Origin: Lama glama
Lineage: Eukaryota
Direction: 5' to 3'
Assembly: GCA_028534125.1 (NCBI GenBank)
Contig: CM052816.1
Location: 100,876,001-100,936,000 of the forward strand
Length of the DNA: 60,000 nt
This document shows, one piece after another, positions 50,850 through 60,000 of the stretch. The position numbers were made by a program, and so were the translations under genes. The notes beneath the pieces were generated by a model, which did not search any database, was not told the DNA's origin, and was given only the letters and a program-made list of their open reading frames with translations. Every line of letters starts with the position of its first letter. Positions within the stretch are counted from its first letter, which is position 1.

Positions 50850-51889
50850 GACATGATGTGGCTGTTACCAGGACCTTGACCCAGAATCCATGGTCCCCAC
50901 CACCTCTCTCCAGAGATGCTGAAGCAGGCCCCACACGGCGGGTCATCAAAGTGCGTGATGGATGCTGGTGCAACGGTTCACACACAGCAGCCCGTGAGCG
51001 TGGGGAAGCTGTGACTTTGATGCGTTCCATGATGGCAGAGAAAGCCACAAAGGGCTTATTTTGTCCTACCTAGGCAGATAAGTTTTCACATCAAGGACTG
51101 GCCACCGTCATCCCCCGTGTAGACCATCGGTTCTGGGAACATGAAGGCATCTGCACCCCCAGCACGGGCAGCATCCCGTTCAGAGCAAGCGCTTGCGGAA
51201 GGCCCGGGAAGCTGGACGAGGCTGCCCATCCAGCCCTGCAGCAGTCCCATTGCCCACCACTCGGAGTCGGAGGACCTGCGCAGGGGCTGGGGACAGTGTG
51301 GAACACGCTGGGGCAGAGCGTCTTTAACTAGTCTCAGGACGGCCCTGGAGAAGGAAAACACCGTCTGCTGCTGCAGTTTTGACCTTAGGAATAGGACTTA
51401 CCCCTAGTTTCCTTGAAATGCTCTGTACACAAGAGAGCTACGAGCAAACGGTTCAACAGAAGAGGGGTGCTGTCTCCACGCTAGCTCACGCGCGTAGTCC
51501 TTCCCCCACAGGGCGGAAGAGGCTTTCCAAGGTGATCTGAAATCACAGAATACTTACACCACGGAAAGCTACTGGCTTTCACTTTCCCCGACAGCAGCCG
51601 AGTCACAAACCCAACCCCAGATGAACCTGCAGTGTTCTCCCCACAAAGGCTGTGGGGAGAAAGCGCGATAGTGGTCAAGGCACTGTACCCAGCAGGCGCC
51701 GCCATGACACGAGTCAGCTTCCGAGGGGCTGAGGGACGGTCGTTTGGCCGCAGTGAGAGCCCTTGGCAAGTGCACCTGTCTTGAGCACCTTGAACTGGCC
51801 ACACCGCTGTCTGCGTCCAGCGTGGGCGAGCAGTGTCCTCCGCTGTCTCCGGGACGGTGGGGATGCCCACAGAGGCAGGTGCAGAGCTG

Positions 51890-52203
51890 GGGGGCAGCAT
51901 GCGTAATCTTATTCCACCAGGTGGGGGTTTTGGCCTCTGCAGAACAGCTCGAAGGACGAGGCTTAGAGCATTACTCACAGCCCTTGAGGAGGAGCTGAAG
52001 GCCCTCGACTTTGCTTAGTGGCTGAACTATGGTTATTTTGCCTTGTTTGACTGTTCTCCTTTCTCTCTGCATTTTCTCACTTCCCTGATTAAATTTGCCC
52101 CTGGGAACCCAGGGAAGGCCTCGGAGACTAAAGCTTTTTACAGACAAGGGCTCAGATGTGGGGTCTGGCCCCAGGAGGCCGCACAGGGACCTGCTCGGTG
52201 TCA
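51890..52203 (-). mobile_element. ERV1 LTR fragment, MER41-like (cetartiodactyl type)
   Basis: agcccttgaggaggagctgaaggccctcgactttgcttagtggctgaacta...ctgcattttctcacttccctgattaaattt...cctgctcggtgtca matches my recall of artiodactyl MER41-like LTRs. Confidence 0.7.
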
Positions 52204-54852
52204 GCCCAAGTTGTCAGTCATTAGACCGAATCTGCTCCTTTTTCCTCATTAAAACAAACACAAGAGACAGCCAGCACTCGTCGTGGTCCCCGCTCCCCAC
52301 CCGTGCGAGACGGGCTCACAGCCCACACATGAGCACGTGTGGAGGCAGAAATACCCGCCGGGGCCAGCATCAGCACTGGCGCCTGGGGCCCCTCGCAGCA
52401 CCGTCTCCATGAGTGAAATGACCCCCAGAGTGAATGCTGTGTGGCTTAGGCATAGCGCTTTAAAGAAATGCCTATTCTGCTCTTTACCTGTTTGGTTTTG
52501 TTTCTGCTCTTCTGAAGTTCACTTTCTGGCCCACAAGCTTGTAGAATGCGTCTGGGTTCCAGTCCAGCAGATTTCATCCCGAGATTCACACACATCATTT
52601 TGTAAAATCCTTTTGAAGTTCTTTGCTTGCTTTCACGCGTCCATCCGCTTGGGTTTCAGGTCAGCAGCAAACACAACAGCTGTGAAATCAGCTGGTGCGC
52701 CCGCCGGCGCGACCACGTGGATGCGGGACCGGAGCCACACGCATCGGAGCCTCTCTTGCCTCTCAGCGCTACCTCCCTTCCCGCAGCATCAGCTGGAGGT
52801 GGGCATCTCCCATCATGACCTCAGCACGAGGGTGGGTTCGTCTGGAGATTTTCAGCAAAACCGCCTTCTCTGCGATGCTACCGTGGAAGGCTGTGAAGGG
52901 ACAGGCTGCAGGGCATGAGGGAAACATCTGCACACGGTCATATTCAAGAAGTCCTTACTTTATGTTAAAACTTTACAGGGTCCCGGAATTTGGAGAGGAA
53001 AATACAGACCGAACACGTTTCAGAAAACAGAAAATGCACTTCTATTTTATCCTGTGATTCAATCCATCGCCAAGATACCTCAAACTATTAAAATGTGAAT
53101 ACGTGACTTCACGATACTGTTTCTGAAGAACCGGGGACCAGCTGTAAGGTCTGTACGGGAGGGGACCAGGGACAGAGCCACCTCTGTGTGTGCCGGTGTG
53201 ACAGGTGACTTCAAGGAGACCTGAAAGTACCCGCCAGACGGGGTGTTTACAAAGGACACATGGTCAGGACTCACACGTCCAGATGGACCCACAGTCAAGG
53301 ACACTGGCTGCATCTCCATCCTTCCTGGGGAGCTGGTTTTAAGAGCGTGAGTTTCTCCATTGAGCTGCCTGCCCGCTGGGAAAAGCAGAGGCAGGCCCAG
53401 CCTCCTCGCGTCCCCTCCGGAGAAGCCGCCCTCCACGGGGGACACCAGCCAGACTGCCTCTGATGGCTTCTGAGGGTCATCCCATCCCGTTTAGACGCGG
53501 ACGCTTGCTCTGCTTCAGGCTCAGTGGTGACCGCAGGCTACGTTTCCCTGAATGTCCTACCAGGACCCACCTCCCAGTCTGTCCCCCTGAATTTCTCCAC
53601 AGAAACCACAGAACAGCAGCAAACGTTCACAGCCACAGCCACATGTTTTTCTGGATTTAACTTAGTTGCTCGAACTGTCTATCATTCTTCTTTGGGGTCA
53701 GGCTCACTCATGCCTCAGCTGCACACAGGCCCCTTCAGGCCCCCGCCTCGCACGTGCCCCCTCACGGTTCAGTCTGAGATGCTGCACAAGCGAGCTGCTC
53801 CTGGACGGAACCAAGGTCCACCCATGAGCCAGATGACGGCGCCGCATCCCCGCACGGCACGCTTTTCCCCGAAGGCATCCTCATGACCTTTGCCACAGGT
53901 GCCATGACCATCAACCGTGACCTTCACCGACAATCGTCACCCACACCGTTGCCCTTGGCACTGGCCTCTGACCACTCTCAGCCCTCATCCACTGCCTGCG
54001 ACCTCTCAGGACCATCACCTGTGACCAGAACCACGACTGCAGGACTGTCCCTGGATTTGGACGTCCTGCAGTTGAAGCTTACAGGACACAGTCTGACAGC
54101 AGGACAGAGCCAGGATCGAGGTCAGCATGATTCTTGGACAGAAATGGCGCACCCTTCCCCTGGGAGAGGTGGGCAGGCCCCAGCCGGACCTTCTTTCTCC
54201 TGGGCCCTCGCGGACACCCGCTGTGGCCTCCACGGATGAGTGGCCCTGCCCAGACGGCACAGCCCTGCCCCGAGCGTCGGGCCGGCGGAGGCAGGGTCCG
54301 AGCGCGATGGCCTGTGCGCTGCAGCATTTTGGGGGTTTGCTTCAGGTCACCATGAAACTCCGAGTTTGCAGTGTTTCCCATCAAGGGACTTAGGTTTAAT
54401 TCACAATATAGTCATTTTCAAAACAAGTGGTGTTTATGAATCCGTGAGCTAGACCCGGCTGGGAGCCAGGGGAGGTGCGGACCGTGTGCCCACCCTGTTC
54501 GCTCTGCTGACGGACAGTGGCCACGATGAGCACTGCACGTATTTTGTCGTTTTAGAACTAGAGGCTCGTCTGTCCACTCAGTACTAGAGCCATTTTAGTG
54601 GTTTGAATGTTAGTCTTCGTTTCGAGATTCCAAGAATCCTTCCGTGTAAACTACAGGCTGTATTACCGTCCCCCTGACGTCCTGGTCCCTCTTTCCTTAG
54701 CTCTCAGTTTGCTTGCTGTGTCTAATTTTTAACCCTTAACATGTAACGTTTCCTTCTTTTCCACCCCAGGGCCGGTGGGTGAGCTGGAGCAGCACACAGG
54801 GGGTGTCGCGCACCTTCGCTGACTCTAGCCTTTCCCTTTGGCGTTTGGGTTC

Positions 54853-55352
54853 NNNNNNNNNNNNNNNNNNNNNNNNNNNNNNNNNNNNNNNNNNNNNNNN
54901 NNNNNNNNNNNNNNNNNNNNNNNNNNNNNNNNNNNNNNNNNNNNNNNNNNNNNNNNNNNNNNNNNNNNNNNNNNNNNNNNNNNNNNNNNNNNNNNNNNNN
55001 NNNNNNNNNNNNNNNNNNNNNNNNNNNNNNNNNNNNNNNNNNNNNNNNNNNNNNNNNNNNNNNNNNNNNNNNNNNNNNNNNNNNNNNNNNNNNNNNNNNN
55101 NNNNNNNNNNNNNNNNNNNNNNNNNNNNNNNNNNNNNNNNNNNNNNNNNNNNNNNNNNNNNNNNNNNNNNNNNNNNNNNNNNNNNNNNNNNNNNNNNNNN
55201 NNNNNNNNNNNNNNNNNNNNNNNNNNNNNNNNNNNNNNNNNNNNNNNNNNNNNNNNNNNNNNNNNNNNNNNNNNNNNNNNNNNNNNNNNNNNNNNNNNNN
55301 NNNNNNNNNNNNNNNNNNNNNNNNNNNNNNNNNNNNNNNNNNNNNNNNNNNN
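54853..55352. other. Assembly gap, exactly 500 N
   Basis: N run read directly; the round length suggests a placeholder of unknown true size. Confidence 0.98.
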
Positions 55353-55519
55353 GGGAAACAGTGAGAGACGTCATCCAGGAGAGGGTGAGGCACACACACA
55401 GTGCTGGGTGGCCAGGGTGGGCAGCTGTGTGTCCACGGCTGGGTCCCCCTCAAGCACAAGGGCTGGGGCGGCCCCTCTTCGGCCTCAGGGCTTTCTGGAG
55501 CTGGGACAGACCACTCGGT

Positions 55520-58500
55520 TCCCAACCTTTTGCTTATTTTGTATTCAGTTCCTTGTCTCCTGTTGTTGACTTTTGAGAGTTCTTTACATATTCTGGCTAC
55601 AAGTCTTTTGTCATGCATGTGACCTGCAAGTATTTCCTTCCAGTTTGTGCCTCTCTCCCTGGTATCTTCTTTCTGAGAGAAGATACTGATTTTGAGGAAG
55701 TAGAAGGCACCAATGTTTCCTTTTATGGGTCATGCTTTTGATGTTACGTCTAAGAAGTATTTGTCTAACCTTAAGTCCCAAAGATTTCCTCTGTGTTTTC
55801 TTCTAGAAGCTTTGCAGTTTTCAGTTTAAGTTTGTGACCCATTCTGACTAAATTTTGTATGGGGTGCAAGGCATAGGACAAAGTTAATTTTTATGGGTCA
55901 CCAGTTGTTCCAGAAAGGAGAGAGAGACTGTCCTCTCTCCACTGATGTGCACATTTATCAAAAGCCAGTCAGCATACACACACGTCTATTTCTGAATTCT
56001 CTCTTCTATTCTATTGCCCTGTTTGTAAATCCTGAAAACCATATAGTAAGTCCTGAAATCAGATAGTGAAAATCTTCCACATTCATTCTTCTATTTCAAA
56101 ATTATTTAACTACCTTAAGTACTTCGCAATCTGTACGTGGTTTTTTTCCTTTGCGGACAAGAGCCTTTTTTGGTTTTGTTTTTTCCTTTTCTTCTTTTTT
56201 AATTGAAGTGCAGTCAGTTTACAATGCTGTGTTAGTTTCTGGTGCACAGCGTAGTAATTCAGTTATACACCTATATACACATGTATATATTCCTTTTCAT
56301 ACTGCACATTGTACATGAATTTTAGAACTAGGTTGTCAATTTCTACCAAAAAGGGGGGCCTGCTAGGATTCTGACTGGTGTTGCCCTGAATCCACACACA
56401 CATCTGGGGAGAACTGGCACCCCACGTAATGTCTCCCAATCTGCAGCTCTGGTCCGTCTCTCCGTTTATTTAGGTCTATTTTAATTGCTCATCAAAAACT
56501 TGCTGTTTTCAGTGCATAGGTCCTGAGCTTTTTGTCGGATTTATCCCCAAGGACTTGGCATTTTTCACTTTTATTTCTAACTGTTGTCCGTGCGCAAAGA
56601 CGAGCACGTTTTGTGTGCTGATCTTGTGTTCTGCAGCTTCGCTAAACTCACATGTGACTTCCAGGGGCTGTTTTTCTAGACTCCAAGGATTGTCTGCATA
56701 GACAAGTGTGTGGTCTGAACGTCAAGTCAGTCTTACTTCCTTTCCGACCTGATGTGCTCCGCCGGTTTTCCTGCATAAGGGTCGCCCTGTCTGGGACCTG
56801 CAGTGCAGTGCTGAACAGCAGTGCTGAGAACAGGGTCCCCTCGTCTTGCCGTTGCAGGAGAAGCTCTGCGCCGGCGAGTGTGCTGCTGGCTGCAGGTGCT
56901 TCTCCTCTAAATGTCTGGCTGCATCAGCAGAGGAGCCGTGTGGGCTCACATGTTCCTTCTGGAAAGATTTTAAACCACATTTCAATGTATTTGTCATACA
57001 TATATACTCCTACTCAGATGGCCTATTTTCCCTCAAATAAGTTCTGGTAGTTTTTGTTGTCCGAGGAATACATCCATTTTATCTAACTTTTAAAATTTAG
57101 TGGCATCAGATTAATGCCAGCTCTGCCCTTACTGTACTTTCAGTATCTGTAGGACCAATGGTGACGCCGTCTCTCTTGCTTCTGACATCGCTAATTTGTG
57201 TTTTCTCTCCTTCCTGCAGCTCAACTTGAGGTTTATTAATTTTATTGATTCCCTCGAAAAGCTAGCTTTGGGCTTCACGGCTTTTTCCAATGATTCCTTC
57301 TTTTTCCAATCTGCTGGCTTCTGTCTGATGCTTATCATCTCCTTTCTTCTCTCAGAGTTTCACCTGCTCTTGCTTTTCTAGTTCACTAAGGCGAGATCCG
57401 ACGTAAGTGATCAGGGACTTTCCTTCTTTTGTGATACAGGAATGTGGTGCCGTGCAACCTCCTGCAGGCACTGCCTTACATGCATCTTGAGAAGTGTGAC
57501 ATGTTGTTGTTTTGTTTTCACTAATTGTGTTTATTTTCTAACTTCTCTTTTGGTTTCTTGTTTGACCCATGGATTAGCTAGGAGTGCGCTGTTTAACTTC
57601 CAAATATTTGGGGATAGCCCAGACATCATCTGTCACTGATTTCTCATTAATTTCACTGCGGTCAGAACATGTACTTGCTAGTACTTAAATCCATTTGCAC
57701 TGGGATTTGTTCATGGCGCAAAAATGGACTCTATCCTGGTGTCTGTTCCATGTGCACTTGAAAACCCCACGTGTTCCGTGGTTGTTGGGTGAATTGGTCC
57801 ACAGCTGTGAAGCACGTCGGGGGTCGGCAGTGTTGCTCAGTGTTTCCTGTGTCTTTCCTGATGCTCTGCCTTTCTATTCTGAGGGAAGGGTGGTGACTCC
57901 AATTCTGGGTTTGGGATTTATCCTTTTAATTCCACCTACATGTATTTGCCTCTCTGATTTTAGGCTTATGAATGCTGACGATTATTACGTCCTCTTGATT
58001 AATTGGCAACTTTATCATTATGAAATGGCCCTTTTCATCCCCAGGAATAACTTTTGCTCTGAAATAGACTTTTGCTTGCATTAATAAGGATACGCCTTCT
58101 ATCTGTTGATTAATGTTAATATGAAATATATAAATTACACCCTTCTAATCTGTTTGTGTCTTTGTTTTTAAAGTGAGTTTATTTTAGTTAGCAAATAGTT
58201 GGGTACTGAGTTTTATCCAATCTAACAATCTCTGCCTTTTGATCAGTGTCTTGACCATTTACATTTAATGTGATTGTTGCTATGGTTGGATTAAGTTTAC
58301 TATCTTGCCATTTGCTTCCAGTTGGTCACATTTGCTCCTCATTCTCTGTCTATTTCTGTGTTTCCTTTTGGATTCAGTGCACTTTATGATTCTGTCTTAC
58401 CTCCTTTGTCATCTCCCTGGCTATTCCCCTTGCTGTGGTGCCCGAGGGTTGTGCAGAGTGTATGGTGCACATATCTCACCTGTCACCATCCTCCTTCAAA

Positions 58501-59400
58501 CGCCAGCACCTGTACTTCTCCCTCCTGGCCTCAGTGCACTTTGCTTCCACACATATCATAACCCAAATCACATTATTTTTATGTTTATACAGTTAGAAAT
58601 AGTCAATTACCTTTCAAAGAAATTTAAATGAGAAAAACCACTTTATATTCATGATTCTGGTGGCCATTTGTGGTCTTCTTTCCTTTGTGTGGATTCAGGT
58701 TTCCATCTGGGTCATTTTTCTTCTGCCCGAAGGACCTGCTCTGACATTTTCTGTTGTGTGGGCCTGCTGGTGGCAACTTCTTTCAGCTTTGTAGGTCTTT
58801 ACAAGTCTTTATTCTGCCTTCATTTTTGAAAGAGACTTTCACTGGGTAAGAAATTCGAGGCTGACCTTTTTTCCTTTCAGTTTTTTACAGATGTTGCTTC
58901 CCTGCCTCTGCCCTGAACTAGCGATGACAAGAAATCCACCTCCATCCTTACCTTGGTCCCACCGCACAACTGCAGTGTGTCTTTGTATCTCTGGCTGCTT
59001 TTACGATTTCCTCTTTGTTGTTGGCTTTCTGCAGTCTGATGATGGCCCACACTGGTGTAACTTCTTGTGCTTCTTGCTCACGAGGTTGGAGAAAATTCTT
59101 GGATCTATGAGTTTATAAGGTTCATCGTATTTGGATATTTTCCAGTTATTATTTCTTCAACCACTGTTCGCTCCTCTCAATTCCTGCGTCTCTCCATAGC
59201 TGCTCATTGTGGTTGGATGAACTCTATTCTTTGGGTGCTGGACACTTTTTAGGTCTGCAAACACATTCTTGCCCTTCATTCTGGGCGTAGTTATTTGAAA
59301 ACAGCTGTTCTCTGGGGCCGTGTTTCTAGGCCCTGTCAGGCGTCACTAGAGCGGCTGTCAGCCTGTGGCTGAACCTGCCGTCACTGAAGCAAAGCCCCCC
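55520..59400 (-). mobile_element. Long decayed ancient L1 (ORF2 to ORF1 remnants)
   Basis: ttttgagagttctttacatattctggctacaagtc, tttagaactaggttgtcaatttctac, tttaacttccaaatatttgggga and ttattctgccttcatttttgaaagag are standard antisense L1M landmarks in the expected order. Confidence 0.88.
56160..56301 (-). mobile_element. Short younger L1 3' end nested in the old L1
   Basis: T-rich tail then aattgaagtgcagtcagtttacaatgctgtgttagtttctggtgcacagc, nearly the same start as 46406-46460. Confidence 0.8.
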
Positions 59401-59669
59401 GGTCACTCTGCCTGACACCCTGCAATGTGGTGATGGGGCAGGCAGGATGCCAGCCCTTTGTGACCTCTGAGTGCTGCTCCCTGGGTCCTCCTGGACTGTT
59501 TCCCCGCGTGAGCACTGCCCAGTGCCCCGCCGACCCGGCAGGGGCACCGTCTGCGGCTCTCTCCTCGTCCGTCCTCTGCCCTGTGAACCAGCTGCCCTGG
59601 CCTCCCGGGTCTCCTGTCCCCTCACCTCAGGCCATCTGCCAGCATCTCTGTGGGCTCCCCCCGCCGACC

Positions 59670-59940
59670 TGTGGTCAGCTCCGGCCACCACAGCAAAGCA
59701 CCACAGACCTGGACCGGGAGCTTGAACGCAGCAGTGAGCTCCCTCCCAGTTCCTGAGGCTGGAAGTCCAAGACCAAGGTGTCCACAGCACTGGGTCCTCT
59801 GAGGCCTCTGCGCTTGATGTGTAGACGGTCGTCTTCTCCCTGCATCCCCGCGTGGTCTCTCTTCTGAGTGTGTGTGTGTCCTTATCTCCCCTTCTTATAA
59901 GGACACCAGTCCTACGGGCTCAGGGCCCACCTGATACCAT
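59670..59940 (-). mobile_element. MaLR LTR (MLT1B-like) fragment
   Basis: gaggctggaagtccaagaccaaggtgtc...tcctctgaggcctct...cttcttataaggacaccagtc...agggcccacc. Confidence 0.88.
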
Positions 59941-60000
59941 GTGAGGCTCTGCAGCCGGGTGACGGGGACGGGTGATCTGCCAGCCCTTTGCGATGAGGTT

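Noticed and set aside
50850..51410. Exon-like or processed-pseudogene-like unique stretch after MLT2
   Set aside because: The frames I read gave no recognisable protein and there is no poly-A tail or target-site duplication; left unassigned.
52095..52190. Interferon-inducible GAS/STAT1 enhancer in the MER41-like LTR
   Set aside because: No intact TTCNNNGAA seen; the nearest is CCCAGGGAA.
52283..52918. 211-aa ORF
   Set aside because: GTG start, no recognisable domain and no supporting exon structure.
53883..54239. ORF with LASDH resembling an APE endonuclease SDH motif
   Set aside because: At most a very decayed L2 fragment; other endonuclease motifs are absent, so it is too weak to call.
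54722..55618. ORFs of 219-298 aa
   Set aside because: Artefacts of translating through the N gap.

Overview
A GC-rich, CpG-retaining mammalian window, very likely camelid (a Vic-1-type tRNA-derived SINE and young cetartiodactyl-type L1 3' ends are present). The composition resembles subtelomeric DNA. I cannot support any protein-coding gene. The computed ORFs are chance GC-rich frames, decayed L1 ORF1/ORF2 pieces, frames through a minisatellite, or N-gap artefacts. Much of the window is decayed interspersed repeat: several multi-kb ancient L1s, HAL1, L2, MIR, MaLR (MLT1), MLT2, a MER41-like LTR and Tigger-type DNA elements. The non-repeat part reads as cis-regulatory DNA. It includes an apparently orphan CpG island (about 28.6-29.45 kb) with two good CTCF motifs, a triple TTAATCCC (K50 homeodomain) cluster at 17.7-17.8 kb, several other AT-rich motif islands, and a GATA/ETS/TATA cassette at 43.8 kb. 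Also present are a 17-bp minisatellite that appears to have arisen inside an L1 3' UTR, a twin-primed inverted young L1, and a 500-N scaffolding gap. I found no convincing novel biological system. The best candidates are putative enhancer or insulator modules that need conservation and chromatin data. Repeat family names come from my recall of consensus sequences, not from a search, and repeat boundaries are approximate.
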